Source: Azospirillum sp. RU38E (GTDB lineage: Bacteria > Pseudomonadota > Alphaproteobacteria > Azospirillales > Azospirillaceae). Taken from it: 64,000 nucleotides of DNA. A model generated the notes under the pieces. The model was not told where the DNA came from. It did no database searches and saw only the letters and a list, made by a program, of their open reading frames with translations. The translations under genes were made by a program, and so were the position numbers. The stretch spans positions 2,171-66,170 of the forward strand of contig CALRQC020000027.1 of assembly GCA_943370215.1 (NCBI GenBank), in the 5' to 3' direction. Positions 28,980-41,432 of this stretch are shown piece by piece; the stretch's first letter is position 1, and each line of letters starts with the position of its first letter.

Positions 28980-29067
28980 ATTTTCACGTAAACTTCATGC
29001 CCGCCCCATCAACCGGCCGTTACAGTCAGCACCCTGACGGATCATCCGGTTGATGGTGGAAATATCG

Positions 29068-30042
29068 ATGTCGCGTAAAATCTTGGCGCTCGCCGCCCTT
29101 ACATCCCTGTTGCTGACCGGTACGGCGGGGGCCTTTGATCTGGAAGCCCATCGCGGCGGGCGGGCATTGATGCCAGAAAATACCCTGCCGGCCTTCGCCA
29201 ATGCCATTGCGCTCGGCGTGACGACGCTGGAACTGGATACCGGCATCAGCAAGGATGGCACCCTGATCATTGCCCATGAACGGCATGTGGATACCCATCT
29301 GGCCCGCGGTGCCGATGGGCAATGGGTGACAGCACCGACGCCGTCCTGGCACAGCCTGACCCTGGCGGAAATTGCTCGCTATGATGTTGGCCGCATCCGC
29401 CCCGACAGCGATTATGCCAAGCGGTTCAGCCGGCAGCACTCCATTGACGGCACACGCATTCCAACCCTGGCCGCCCTGTTCGATCTGGTGAAGGCCAAGG
29501 GGGCCGATCAGGTCCGCTTCAATATTGAAACCAAGATCGACCCGACAGCACCGGCCGACACGGTGGAGCCGGAGCCGTTTGCCCGCGCGCTGGTGGATGC
29601 CGTGCGCAAGGCCGGGATGGAGAGCCGTGTGACGATCCAGAGCTTTGACTGGCGGACATTGCAGGTGGTGCAGCGCATCGCGCCGGCGATTCCCACCGCC
29701 TATCTGACCATTGATGATCCGGAGGAAAGCAACGTCACCGGGCCCAAGGCAGCGGCCTGGACGGCCGGCTTTGCCCCGGCGGACCACGGCGGCAGCGTTG
29801 CGGCGGCGGTGAAGGCGGCCGGTGGCAGAATCTGGTCGCCCTATTACCGTAACCTGACGAAGGAACGGGTGGCCCAGGCCAAGGCGCTGGGCCTGCAGGT
29901 GCTGCCCTGGACCGTCAATGATGCCGACACCATGCGCCAGCTCATCGACTGGCAGGTGGATGGCATCATCAGTGACGATCCGGTGTTGCTGCGCCAAGTG
30001 GCGGCGGAAAAGGGTCTGGCCCTGCCGGTGGCCGGGCACTGA
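29068..30042 (+). CDS. Glycerophosphodiester phosphodiesterase family protein, periplasmic
   Basis: Signal peptide, then FDLEAHRGGRALMPENTLPAFANAIALGVTTLELDTGISKDGTLIIAHE, the GDPD catalytic N-terminal block. Confidence 0.85.
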   Translation: MSRKILALAALTSLLLTGTAGAFDLEAHRGGRALMPENTLPAFANAIALGVTTLELDTGISKDGTLIIAHERHVDTHLARGADGQWVTAPTPSWHSLTLAEIARYDVGRIRPDSDYAKRFSRQHSIDGTRIPTLAALFDLVKAKGADQVRFNIETKIDPTAPADTVEPEPFARALVDAVRKAGMESRVTIQSFDWRTLQVVQRIAPAIPTAYLTIDDPEESNVTGPKAAAWTAGFAPADHGGSVAAAVKAAGGRIWSPYYRNLTKERVAQAKALGLQVLPWTVNDADTMRQLIDWQVDGIISDDPVLLRQVAAEKGLALPVAGH

Positions 30043-30045
30043 CCC

Positions 30046-31077
30046 TTAAACCAGCCAGCGGGACGTGACGGGCGGCAGTTCACCGCGCCATTCCGCCACT
30101 TCCTTGGCCACCTTTTCCAGGGCCCGTTGATCGCGGTAGCGTTTGCGGGCCCGGTTATTGTCGCCCTTGACCAGCATATCCTGCAGGCGGGCCGCGACGC
30201 GCGGATCGCCAATAATGACCTGGCGCCAACGTTCAAGGCGCAGCTCCGCCACGCAATCAACGATGGCTTGGGTGGCGGGCCGGCGACCCAGCTTGATCGC
30301 CACCGATGCCAGCCGGGCGGCGACCGATGATGCCACATCATGGGGCATCAGCGGAAAAGCCGCCTGCACGGCCTCTGCCAGACTGGCGCGCAGATCCTGG
30401 CCGCGCTGGCGGTCATTGCGCGTGCTGCGCTTGGCGGCGATTTCCATGCGGCGGGCACTGTGGGCCAGCACATCGGCCACCACCTCCGCCCCATCCGCAT
30501 CCAGCCAGAGAATCGGGGCATCGCTGATACGGTCCCGCACGGCGGCGGGCAGGGCAGGGTGATCGCCATCCGCCTGCAGTACCAGTTCCAGCTTCAGCAG
30601 TGATTTCAGTGACCGATCACGCCCTTCCTGGCCGGCCAGCCACTCGGCCAGCGGCAAGGGGGCCTGTTTGGCCAAGCTGTCCAGCGCCTCCAGATCGGCG
30701 CCGGTCCAGCGCCTTCCATGCAGCAGCCGTTCGGTGCGTTCACGCAACAGGGCACGGGCCTGATCGCGCGGCAGGGCCGGTTCCTGCTGCGCCAACTGCC
30801 AGACATCGCCGGTCAGCCGGCCCAATGCCCAGCCACCATGGCTGGTGATGGGCGTGTCGGTGGTGAAACTGCCATCGGGCAGGTTCCAGCGATCGCTGAC
30901 CCGCAGCAGGCCGCGTTCATCCAGCAACGCCTCCCCACCGGGGGAACGCTGGATGGCGGGCCATTGCGCCACCAGGGCGGCCAGCCCGTCCGGCATGGCG
31001 GACGGGCGGTTCAGTTCACCTAAGCGGAGCGCCCTGGTAAAATCGGTCACCTCAATACCGCCCTTCGATGGCATCAA
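30046..31077 (-). CDS. Hypothetical protein (no recognised domain)
   Basis: GC3-rich 343-codon ORF with normal composition. The longest start overlaps carA by 26 nt; the alternative ATG at 30996 avoids this. No motif I can name. Confidence 0.6.
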   Translation of the reverse strand: MMPSKGGIEVTDFTRALRLGELNRPSAMPDGLAALVAQWPAIQRSPGGEALLDERGLLRVSDRWNLPDGSFTTDTPITSHGGWALGRLTGDVWQLAQQEPALPRDQARALLRERTERLLHGRRWTGADLEALDSLAKQAPLPLAEWLAGQEGRDRSLKSLLKLELVLQADGDHPALPAAVRDRISDAPILWLDADGAEVVADVLAHSARRMEIAAKRSTRNDRQRGQDLRASLAEAVQAAFPLMPHDVASSVAARLASVAIKLGRRPATQAIVDCVAELRLERWRQVIIGDPRVAARLQDMLVKGDNNRARKRYRDQRALEKVAKEVAEWRGELPPVTSRWLV

Positions 31078-32236
31078 TGAAGCGGCTGAACAGGTAATGG
31101 CTGTCCTCCGGTCCCGGGCTGGCTTCCGGGTGATACTGCACGGAGAAGACCGGGCGGCCCTTCAGGCGGATGCCTTCATTGGTGCCATCGAACAGGGAAA
31201 TATGGGTCACCTCCACATCATCCGGCAGGCTTTCCGGCAACACGACGAAACCGTGATTCTGGCTGGTGATCTCCACCACGCCCGAGGCCAGATCCTTCAC
31301 CGGATGGTTGGCGCCGCGATGACCCCTTTCCATCTTCTCCGTCCGGCCGCCGAGCGCCAGCGACAGCATCTGATGGCCAAGGCAAATACCGAACACCGGC
31401 TTGCCGCTATCGACGATGGCCTTGATGGTCGGCACGGCATAGGTGCCGGTGGCGGCCGGGTCGCCAGGGCCGTTGGACAGGAACACGCCATCGGGGTTCA
31501 GCGCCAGGATATCGGCGGCGGGCGTGTCGCCCGGCACCACCGTCACCTTGCAGCCCGACGCCGCCAGGCAGCGCAGGATGTTACGCTTGGCACCGAAATC
31601 CATCGCCACCACATGGTGCTTCGGCTCGGTCTGCTTGCCATAGCCGGTCTTCAGCGACCAGATGCTTTCATCCCAGCCATAGCTCTGGCGGGTGCTGACA
31701 TCCTTGGCCAGATCCATGCCTTCCAGGCCGGGCCAGGACTTGGCCAGGGCCAACAGCGCCTCCAGGTCGAACTTGCCATCGGGCGCATGGGCGATGACGC
31801 CGTTGGGCGCACCGGCGTCGCGGATGCGCCGGGTCAGGCGGCGGGTGTCGATCCCGCTGATCCCGACAATGTCGTGCGATTGCAGCCAGTCCACCAGATG
31901 GCGCGTGGCGCGCCAGTTCGACGGCTCCGTCACATCGGCCTTCAGGATCAGGCCGCGCGCCACCGGCGTCAGCGTCTCGATATCCTCAGGATTGGTGCCG
32001 ACATTGCCGATATGGGGGAAGGTGAAGGTGATGATCTGGCCGGCATAGGACGGATCGGTCAGGATTTCCTGATAGCCGGTCATGGAGGTGTTGAAGCACA
32101 CCTCGCCCACGCGATGGCCGGCGGCGCCGATGCCGCGCCCCCAGAACACCGATCCGTCTGCGAGAACCAGAACGCCGGTGGCTCCGGTCGGGGCGGGCGC
32201 GTGGGCGGGGGAACCCATCGACGGGGTGTCGGTCAT
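31052..32236 (-). CDS. carA: Carbamoyl-phosphate synthase small (glutaminase) subunit
   Basis: CPSase small-chain N-domain plus a class I GATase with GICLGHQ and the HRGANHPV / HPE triad context. Confidence 0.95.
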   Translation of the reverse strand: MTDTPSMGSPAHAPAPTGATGVLVLADGSVFWGRGIGAAGHRVGEVCFNTSMTGYQEILTDPSYAGQIITFTFPHIGNVGTNPEDIETLTPVARGLILKADVTEPSNWRATRHLVDWLQSHDIVGISGIDTRRLTRRIRDAGAPNGVIAHAPDGKFDLEALLALAKSWPGLEGMDLAKDVSTRQSYGWDESIWSLKTGYGKQTEPKHHVVAMDFGAKRNILRCLAASGCKVTVVPGDTPAADILALNPDGVFLSNGPGDPAATGTYAVPTIKAIVDSGKPVFGICLGHQMLSLALGGRTEKMERGHRGANHPVKDLASGVVEITSQNHGFVVLPESLPDDVEVTHISLFDGTNEGIRLKGRPVFSVQYHPEASPGPEDSHYLFSRFIDAIEGRY

Positions 32237-32619
32237 CGGCGGCGTACCTTATGATCAGTGGCGATGCCCGGGGGCGGGCACCAGAAAATGGTTGGCCACC
32301 CGCTGAAAAGCGGGGCGGCCTGCCCGCGGGGCGTCGCGTCCCATCATTCGCCCGTTGGGTTTACACCCGATGGGCTGTGGCAGGTCGCGCCGATACCGCG
32401 CGCCGGCCTGGGCCGGAACGGTTCGGCCGTTGAAATAGACAATCGCGTTACAGCGGTCAACCCGACCTGCGCGCGCCCCTGCTGCGCGTCGCCATGCAGG
32501 GGGTAATCATACGATCGTTTCCTGGCGGCGTTTCCGAACGGCTGGCATTTGATGCTTTTGTTGTCTAATCTTCGCCTCTGTTTTTGCAGGATCAACCCAT
32601 AGCAACCCCGAGGTATGTC

Positions 32620-33078
32620 ATGTTGCGTCAGACGCTGAACGAGGCCCTGAAGGATGCGATGCGCGCCAAGAACCAGCGCACCGTTGCCACGGTGCGTCTG
32701 ATCATTGCCGCCCTGAAGGATCGGGACATTGCCGCCCGTGGCCGTGGCCAGATGGATGGCGTGGACGATGCCGAAATCCTGGCCATGCTGCAGACCATGG
32801 TGAAGCAGCGCCGTGAAAGCATCGTCATGTATGAACAGGGCGGGCGCCAGGAACTGGCCCAGCAGGAAGCCGAAGAAATCACCGTCATTGAGAATTTCCT
32901 GCCCCAGCAACTGGATGAAGCCGCGACGCGGGAGGCCATCGCCGCCCTGATCGCGGAGATCGGCGCCACCGGCGTGAAGGATATGGGCAAGGTGATGGCC
33001 GAACTGCGCGGCCGCTTCGCCGGCCAGATGGATTTCACCAAGGCCAGCGCCATCGTGCGCGAAAAGCTGGTGAGCTGA
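32620..33078 (+). CDS. GatB/YqeY domain protein
   Basis: MLRQTLNEALKDAMRAK...LPQQL...GVKDMGKVMAEL parallels B. subtilis YqeY. Confidence 0.85.
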   Translation: MLRQTLNEALKDAMRAKNQRTVATVRLIIAALKDRDIAARGRGQMDGVDDAEILAMLQTMVKQRRESIVMYEQGGRQELAQQEAEEITVIENFLPQQLDEAATREAIAALIAEIGATGVKDMGKVMAELRGRFAGQMDFTKASAIVREKLVS

Positions 33079-33089
33079 GAGAGAACGCA

Positions 33090-33947
33090 TTGACACGTAT
33101 CGTTCGGCTGGTACCGGGGGATGAAGGGCGGCTGGATGCCTATCTGGCCCGCCACCCGGCTACGTCACTGTTCCTGCGCTCCAACCTGCGCCGCGCCGGG
33201 CTGGTGGATCAGGGGCAGCGCTTCCAGGGCCGTTATGCGGCGGCTCTGACGGCGGAAGACGATATTGCCGGCGTCATCGCCCATAGCTGGAACGGCAATA
33301 TGCTGATCCAGGCACCGCCTTTGCTGGCGGTGGAACTGGCCCGCCATCTGATGGCGGATGGCGATCGGCCGCTTCGTGGCCTGGTTGGGCCCTTGGCGGA
33401 GGCAAGGGCTGTGGCGGAGGCATTTTCCGAACTATCCTTCCAGCGGGGCGGGGCGGAGGATCTGTTTGACCTGTCGCTGGATCGGCTGGTCGTCCCGTCG
33501 CTGCTGAGCAGCGGTGCCTGTGATTGGCGACGGGCGACGCAGCAGGATATTCCCCTGCTGGCCGGCTGGCGGGTGGATTATTCTGTGGAGGCGCTGGAGG
33601 CAGTGCCGGATGCCACCCTGCGGGCGCAGGCAGAAGCCGATATCGCTGCCGGCGTGCAAGCGGGCGATGTGTTTGTGTTGACCCGGGCCGATGGGGCGAT
33701 TCTCTCCATGGCCACCCATAATGCCCGCATTCCCGATACGGTGCAGATCGGCGGGGTCTGGACCCCGCGCGACTTAAGGGGCCGGGGCTATGCCCGTGCT
33801 GTGGTTGCCGGTGCCCTGTTGGCCGCCCGCGACGATGGCGCGCGGCTGGCGGTGCTGTTCACCGGCAAGGAGAACGAGCCGGCGCGGCGCGCCTATCTGG
33901 CGCTGGGTTTCCAGATCATCGGTGACTATGCCATCCTGCTTCATTGA
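33090..33947 (+). CDS. GNAT-family N-acetyltransferase (two-lobed)
   Basis: C-terminal acetyl-CoA binding block RGRGYARAVVAGALL...NEPARRAYLALGFQ. TTG start. Confidence 0.75.
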   Translation: MTRIVRLVPGDEGRLDAYLARHPATSLFLRSNLRRAGLVDQGQRFQGRYAAALTAEDDIAGVIAHSWNGNMLIQAPPLLAVELARHLMADGDRPLRGLVGPLAEARAVAEAFSELSFQRGGAEDLFDLSLDRLVVPSLLSSGACDWRRATQQDIPLLAGWRVDYSVEALEAVPDATLRAQAEADIAAGVQAGDVFVLTRADGAILSMATHNARIPDTVQIGGVWTPRDLRGRGYARAVVAGALLAARDDGARLAVLFTGKENEPARRAYLALGFQIIGDYAILLH

Positions 33948-33957
33948 AGCGATGGGC

Positions 33958-33985
33958 TGTGGATAACTCAGCAACCTGGGGATAA
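33958..33985 (+). promoter_or_regulatory. Two DnaA-box-like 9-mers upstream of dnaG
   Basis: TGTGGATAA (33958-33966) is a perfect complement of TTATCCACA. TGGGGATAA (33977-33985) matches 8/9. Both have the same orientation, are 19 bp apart, and lie in the 125-bp gap before dnaG. Confidence 0.35.
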
Positions 33986-34072
33986 GTCCGCTGCCACATG
34001 GCGCGGCGGCTGGTGCATGTTGTATGGTCAACGGCTGATCTGTCTGCCCGTTGATGGGAAGTCCGCCTTCAC

Positions 34073-35941
34073 ATGGCCCTGCCGCCGCAGTTTCTGGAAG
34101 AGTTGCGCACCCGCATTTCCGTATCGGAGGTGGTGCAAAAACGTATGCGCCTGATCCGCGCCGGGCGAGAATTCAAGGCGCCCTGTCCCTTCCATAATGA
34201 GAAGTCGCCCAGCTTCTACGTCAACGACCAGAAGGGCTTTTTTCACTGTTTTGGCTGTGGTGCCCATGGCGACCAGATCGGTTTCGTCATGCGCTATGAC
34301 AACCTCTCCTTCATGGAGGCGGTGGAGAATCTGGCGGGCGAAGTGGGCATGGCGGTGCCCAAGGCCACCCCGCAGGAGCGTGAACGGTTCGAGCGGCAGA
34401 AATCGCTCTATGATCTGGTGGAACGCGCGGCCAAATATTACGAGCAGCAATTGTTCAGCCACGGCGGCCGCATGGCGCTGGATTATCTGCGTCGGCGCGG
34501 GCTGGATGGCGAGGGCATCGCCCGCTTCCGCCTGGGCTACGCGCCGCAGGACGGGGCGGGGCTCTATGCCGTGCTCACCGAGGCCGGCTATGGCGAGGCC
34601 GACATGATCGAGGTCGGGCTGTTCAAGCGGCCCGAAAACGGCAAGGCGGTCCGTAACTTCTTCTGGAACCGGGTGATGTTCCCCGTCACCGACCGGCGGG
34701 GTCGGGTGGTGGCCTTTGGCGGGCGCGTGCTGGAGGGGGACGGGCCGAAATATATCAATTCGGCCGAAAATCCGTTGTTCCACAAGGGGCACATCCTTTA
34801 CGGCATGTCGCGGGCGCGGCAGGCGGCGGCCGATGGTCAGTCGCTGATCGTCACCGAAGGCTATATGGATGTGATTTCCTGCGTTCTGGCAGGGTTTGAG
34901 GGGGCGGTGGCACCGCTGGGTACCGCTCTGACGGAAACCCAGATCCAGGAGCTGTGGAAACTGGCACCGGAGGGACGTCGCCGGCCCATCCTCTGCTTTG
35001 ATGGCGATAATGCCGGCCGGCGGGCGGCGCAACGGGCGGTCGAACGTATCCTGCCGGTGCTGACACCCGAAGTATCGGCCCGCATCGCCTTCATGCCGGA
35101 AAAGGAAGACCCGGACAGCCTGATCCGGGGTGGCGGCAAGGCGGCGTTTGAGGCGGTGCTGGACCGGGCCCTGTCGCTGGAAGATTTCATCTGGGAATAT
35201 GCGCGCCAGGGCAATGAGCCGCGCACGGCGGAAGGCCGGCTGACCATTGAAAGCACCATCAACCAGTTGACCGACGCCATCGCCGACAAGTCGGTGCAGT
35301 ATAATTACCGCGCTGCCCTGCGCGATAAATTGCGTGCGGCCATCCGGGGGGCGGGCTTTGCCGAGGGTGGTTCGCGCGGCTTTGGCGCTGGCGGCGGCCC
35401 GCGCCGACAGCGGCCGGGTGAAATCCCCGTCAGTCATTTGTGGGACAAAAGCCATCGCAGCGGCGCCATCCTGACCGATCCGCGCCGGCGGGAACGCTGG
35501 CTGCTGGTCACGGTGCTGCACCATCCCGCCCTGTTCGAACAGGTGGGGGAGCAGTTGGGGCAGGCGGATTTCAGCGATCCGGCGCTGGAAATGCTCCGTC
35601 AGGCGCTTGTTGCATGTCTGACGGCCGAATCAGCACTTGACGCGGACGGCTTGAAGCGCCACCTGTCTCTCCGCGGCTTTCAAGAGACGCTGGATAGTCT
35701 GCTGAGTGCAGACGCGCCGAAGTTTGCGCAACCAGGAGCGTCCATCGAAGCGGCGAAGAGTGGCTGGCAGGAGGTTTGGTTAGGCTCCGAGGTGACATTG
35801 CTTCAGCAGGAACTGCGGGAAGCCGAGCGACGTTTCGCTGAAACTTTCAGCGAAGCCGATTTGGCACGCTTACGAATGCTTCAACAGGAAGTGCTGAACC
35901 GCCAGGGGCATACCAATGATCCTGATCAGGATGGGGGATGA
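34073..35941 (+). CDS. dnaG: DNA primase
   Basis: Zinc ribbon CPFHNEKSPSFYVNDQKGFFHCFGCGAHGD, TOPRIM block LIVTEGYMDV, and full length. Confidence 0.95.
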   Translation: MALPPQFLEELRTRISVSEVVQKRMRLIRAGREFKAPCPFHNEKSPSFYVNDQKGFFHCFGCGAHGDQIGFVMRYDNLSFMEAVENLAGEVGMAVPKATPQERERFERQKSLYDLVERAAKYYEQQLFSHGGRMALDYLRRRGLDGEGIARFRLGYAPQDGAGLYAVLTEAGYGEADMIEVGLFKRPENGKAVRNFFWNRVMFPVTDRRGRVVAFGGRVLEGDGPKYINSAENPLFHKGHILYGMSRARQAAADGQSLIVTEGYMDVISCVLAGFEGAVAPLGTALTETQIQELWKLAPEGRRRPILCFDGDNAGRRAAQRAVERILPVLTPEVSARIAFMPEKEDPDSLIRGGGKAAFEAVLDRALSLEDFIWEYARQGNEPRTAEGRLTIESTINQLTDAIADKSVQYNYRAALRDKLRAAIRGAGFAEGGSRGFGAGGGPRRQRPGEIPVSHLWDKSHRSGAILTDPRRRERWLLVTVLHHPALFEQVGEQLGQADFSDPALEMLRQALVACLTAESALDADGLKRHLSLRGFQETLDSLLSADAPKFAQPGASIEAAKSGWQEVWLGSEVTLLQQELREAERRFAETFSEADLARLRMLQQEVLNRQGHTNDPDQDGG

Positions 35942-36133
35942 GGGCACATGCCGGTGGGTGTCGGTGCCAATGTTACCTGTCCACGCCAAAAAACTGTGTC
36001 TTGGCCGACACAGTCGTATGTCACTCTTTGATTTTGTAGCCAGGACAGAGATTGGTGGATGACCGGGCACTTGCCCGAGTCGTCCATTTGCGTTTACCGG
36101 TGGCAGCCTTGAAGGTACGGGGGCAGCGAGCGA

Positions 36134-38083
<1,950 letters not shown>

Positions 38084-38140
38084 TCGGTTCGGTTATGCCC
38101 CTCCCCGTCCGGCAACGGGCGGGGAGGGGAGGGGATACGA

Positions 38141-38180
38141 AAAACCCCGCCTGGGCGATCAAGCCCGGCGGGGTTTTTTC
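38141..38180. terminator. Bidirectional intrinsic terminator shared by rpoD (+) and gltA (-)
   Basis: AAAAA-CCCCGCC-N15-GGCGGGG-TTTTTT. A second G/C hairpin lies upstream at about 38090-38124. Confidence 0.7.
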
Positions 38181-38201
38181 GTTTAGGCGGGTGTTGGAAA
38201 T

Positions 38202-38420
38202 TTACAGTGCTAGTACCGCATAACCCAGACCACTGACCACAGTGATAATCGCCAATAGCTTGGCCAGACGGGCCAGTCTTTTGCCCAGGGGGGCGGGATT
38301 ATCATTGGCGGCAGTTGGCGCCCGCCAGAGAAAGACGGGTGCTGCGAACATGGATTGGGCGTTACGGGCGGCCCACAGGGGGCCGCCCGCTTTATGCTGG
38401 CTATTCAGCCGCTCAGCCAC
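38202..38420 (-). CDS. Possible small tail-anchored membrane protein (72 aa), doubtful
   Basis: The ORF fills the gap between the gltA stop and the shared terminator. Hydrophobic C-terminus [21 protein letters not shown]. It overlaps the gltA stop by 8 nt. No family recognised. Confidence 0.3.
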   Translation of the reverse strand: MAERLNSQHKAGGPLWAARNAQSMFAAPVFLWRAPTAANDNPAPLGKRLARLAKLLAIITVVSGLGYAVLAL

Positions 38421-39741
38421 GCTCGTTCAGCGAGACGAAATCCCGCGTCACGTGACCGGTATAGAGCTGACGCGGACGACCGATCTTCTGGGTCGGATCC
38501 TCAATCATTTCCTTCCACTGGCTGATCCAGCCGACGGTACGGGCCAGCGCGAACAGCACGGTGAACATGCTGGTCGGGAAGCCGATCGCCTTCAGGATGA
38601 TACCGGAATAGAAGTCGACGTTCGGATACAGCTTCTTTTCGATGAAGTACTCATCGGAAAGGGCAATCCGCTCCAGCTCCACCGCAATGTCCAGCAGCGG
38701 ATCGTCCTTGATCCCCAGCTCGGCCAGGACTTCCTTACAGGTCTGCTGCATGACCTTGGCGCGCGGATCGTAGTTCTTATAGACCCGGTGGCCAAAGCCC
38801 ATCAGACGGAAATTGTCGTTCTTGTCCTTGGCGCGCTTGATGAATTCCGGAATGCGATCAACCGACTTGATCTCTTCCAGCATCTTCAGCACGGCCTCGT
38901 TCGCACCACCATGGGCGGGGCCCCACAGGGAGGCAATGCCGGCGGCGATACAGGCGAACGGGTTGGCGCCCGACGAACCGGCCAGACGGACGGTGGAGGT
39001 CGAAGCATTCTGTTCGTGATCGGCGTGCAGGATGAAGATCTTGTCCATCGCCTTGGCGATGACCGGATTCACCTTGTACTGCTCGCACGGGACCGCGAAG
39101 GTCATGTGCAGGAAGTTCTCGGCAAAGCCCAGATCGTTGCGCGGATAGACGAAGGGCTGACCGACCGAATATTTATAGGCCATGGCAGCAATGGTCGGCA
39201 CCTTGGCGATCAGCCGGTGCGACGCGATGATGCGCTGGGTCGGGTCATTGATGTCGGTGCTGTCGTGGTAGAAGGCCGACAGGGCGCCGACGACGCCGCA
39301 CATGATGGCCATCGGGTGGGCATCGCGGCGGAAGCCACGGAAGAAGTTCGCCAACTGCTCATGCACCATGGTGTGGCGCGTGATGGTCTGTTCGAACTTG
39401 GCCTTCTGCTCAGAATTCGGCAGCTCGCCATTCAGCAGCAGGTAGCAGACTTCCAGGAAGTCGCTCTTTTCCGCCAACTGCTCGATCGGATAGCCGCGGT
39501 GCAGCAGCACGCCTTCATCGCCATCGATGTAGGTGATCGCCGATTCGCAGGAGCCGGTCGAGGTGAAACCCGGATCGTAGGTGAAGCAGCCGGTGGCCGC
39601 ATAGAGCTTGCGGATGTCGATGACATCCGGCCCCGTCGCGCCGTGCAGGATGGGCAAGGTCACTTGCTTGCCGTTCCGGTTATCGATCAGGGTCACCGTA
39701 TCGGCGGTTCCATCGCCCGCCGTCTGGGGAGTCTGGCTCAT
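38413..39741 (-). CDS. gltA: Citrate synthase (type II)
   Basis: [25 protein letters not shown] and [15 protein letters not shown] are citrate synthase signatures. Confidence 0.95.
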   Translation of the reverse strand: MSQTPQTAGDGTADTVTLIDNRNGKQVTLPILHGATGPDVIDIRKLYAATGCFTYDPGFTSTGSCESAITYIDGDEGVLLHRGYPIEQLAEKSDFLEVCYLLLNGELPNSEQKAKFEQTITRHTMVHEQLANFFRGFRRDAHPMAIMCGVVGALSAFYHDSTDINDPTQRIIASHRLIAKVPTIAAMAYKYSVGQPFVYPRNDLGFAENFLHMTFAVPCEQYKVNPVIAKAMDKIFILHADHEQNASTSTVRLAGSSGANPFACIAAGIASLWGPAHGGANEAVLKMLEEIKSVDRIPEFIKRAKDKNDNFRLMGFGHRVYKNYDPRAKVMQQTCKEVLAELGIKDDPLLDIAVELERIALSDEYFIEKKLYPNVDFYSGIILKAIGFPTSMFTVLFALARTVGWISQWKEMIEDPTQKIGRPRQLYTGHVTRDFVSLNERG

Positions 39742-39849
39742 ATCGGCACGTCCTCAAGGTGTTCTTGGGTGGGGCGGCTGCCCCGGGGTTCTTTTTAGGT
39801 GGCGGAGTGTAGTTGCGCGGCGCAGCAAGCGCAACGCAACTGCATCAAA

Positions 39850-41256
39850 TTATCCACCCCTGGCGACATCTTCCAGCCGCACCAAGGTCTCGGCGCGACC
39901 AAGAATTTCCGCCACCTCGAAAATAGGCGGCGAAACAGTGGAACCGGTCAGGGCGGCACGCAGGGGCTGGGCCAGTTTTCCCAGCTTCAGACCGGTGCGT
40001 TCGGCATGGTCACGCACGATCTGTTCCAGTGCGGCACCGCTCCAATCGGGCGATGCGGCGAACGCTTCTGCCAGCGCCGCCAACTGCGACCGTGCCTCGG
40101 CCGTCAGCAGGGCCGCTGCCTTGTCATCCAGGGCAAGCGGCCGGTTGGCAAACAGATAGAGTGAACCGTCTGCCAATTCCAGTAGGGTTTTCACGCGCGG
40201 CTTGAAACCGGGCACGGAACGCAGCAGCCGTTCCTTCTCCGCGTCCGTCAGGGCGCGACCGATCTTGGCCTCGATGAAGGGGCTGGTCAGGGCCACCAGC
40301 CGCGCATCATCGGCCTCCCGGATATAATGGGCGTTCAGGTTCTCCATCTTGGCGAAGTCCAGCCGGGAGGGGGAGCGGCCGATCCCTTCCAGCGTGAACC
40401 ATTCGATGGCCTGTTCGGTGGAGATGATCTCCGCATCGCCATGGCCCCAGCCCAGACGCAGCAGGTAATTGCGCATCGTCTCCGGCAGGAAGCCCATGTC
40501 GCGATAGGCCTCAATCCCCAACGCCCCATGGCGCTTGGACAGTTTGGCCCCGTCCGGCCCATGGATCAGCGGGATATGGGCAAATTCCGGGGCCGCCCAG
40601 CCCATGGCGTTATAGATCTGGAGCTGGCGGAAAGTGTTGGTCAGGTGATCGTCACCGCGCACCACATGGGTCACACCCATGTCATGGTCATCCACCACCA
40701 CGGCCAGCAGATAAGTCGGCGTGCCGTCGGAGCGCAGCAGGATCAGGTCATCCAACTGGCTGTTCTGCACCCGCACTTCGCCCTGCACATGGTCATTCAC
40801 CACCGTCTCCCCCTCACGCGGGGCCTTCAGGCGGATGGCGGGGGCGATGCCGGCGGGGGCTTCCGACGGGTCGCGGTCGCGCCAGCGACCGTCATAGCGC
40901 GGCTGCTGACCGGCGGCCTTCTGCGCCTCCCGCATCGCGTCCAGTTCTTCCGGCGTGCAATAGCAGCGATAGGCGGTGCCGTTGGCCAGCATTTCCGCCA
41001 CCACTTCGGCGTGACGGTCCTTGCGCTCGAACTGGCTGACCGCCTCGCCGTCCCATTCCAGGCCCAGCCATTTCAGCCCATCCAGAATGGCATCGACCGC
41101 AGCCTGGGTGGAACGGGCGCGGTCGGTATCCTCGATCCGCAGCAGGAAGGTGCCCTGATGGTGCTTGGCGAAAAGCCAGTTGAACAAAGCCGTGCGGCCA
41201 CCGCCAATATGCAGAAAACCGGTGGGGGATGGTGCGAAACGGGTGACAATTTTCAT
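39850..41256 (-). CDS. gltX: Glutamate--tRNA ligase
   Basis: [27 protein letters not shown] (HIGH) and KLSKRHG (KMSKS). The start is set at ATG 41256; the track start at 41409 adds non-homologous residues. Confidence 0.93.
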   Translation of the reverse strand: MKIVTRFAPSPTGFLHIGGGRTALFNWLFAKHHQGTFLLRIEDTDRARSTQAAVDAILDGLKWLGLEWDGEAVSQFERKDRHAEVVAEMLANGTAYRCYCTPEELDAMREAQKAAGQQPRYDGRWRDRDPSEAPAGIAPAIRLKAPREGETVVNDHVQGEVRVQNSQLDDLILLRSDGTPTYLLAVVVDDHDMGVTHVVRGDDHLTNTFRQLQIYNAMGWAAPEFAHIPLIHGPDGAKLSKRHGALGIEAYRDMGFLPETMRNYLLRLGWGHGDAEIISTEQAIEWFTLEGIGRSPSRLDFAKMENLNAHYIREADDARLVALTSPFIEAKIGRALTDAEKERLLRSVPGFKPRVKTLLELADGSLYLFANRPLALDDKAAALLTAEARSQLAALAEAFAASPDWSGAALEQIVRDHAERTGLKLGKLAQPLRAALTGSTVSPPIFEVAEILGRAETLVRLEDVARGG

Positions 41257-41432
41257 GATTAATACAATCTTCTGCGGGTAAACCAGTCCGTTGCCGGCAG
41301 ATGTAGCACAGCAGCGGGCCTTATGCACCGTGACGGTCATCACCAATGCGGCAAGGCACGCACATAAGAATAGCGGGGCCCTTCCCCTGGACAGGGACGG
41401 GCTGGTCACCCTTGGCGCTGGTACGGCGACTG

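Noticed and set aside
38242-39798. 518-aa plus-strand ORF opposite gltA; also 30845-32254 opposite carA, 10725-12224 opposite sppA, 40327-41262 opposite gltX, 45802-46869, 50720-52221 and 56629-57936
   Set aside because: All are antisense to genes with strong family motifs and have junk-like composition. They are treated as high-GC ORF artefacts.
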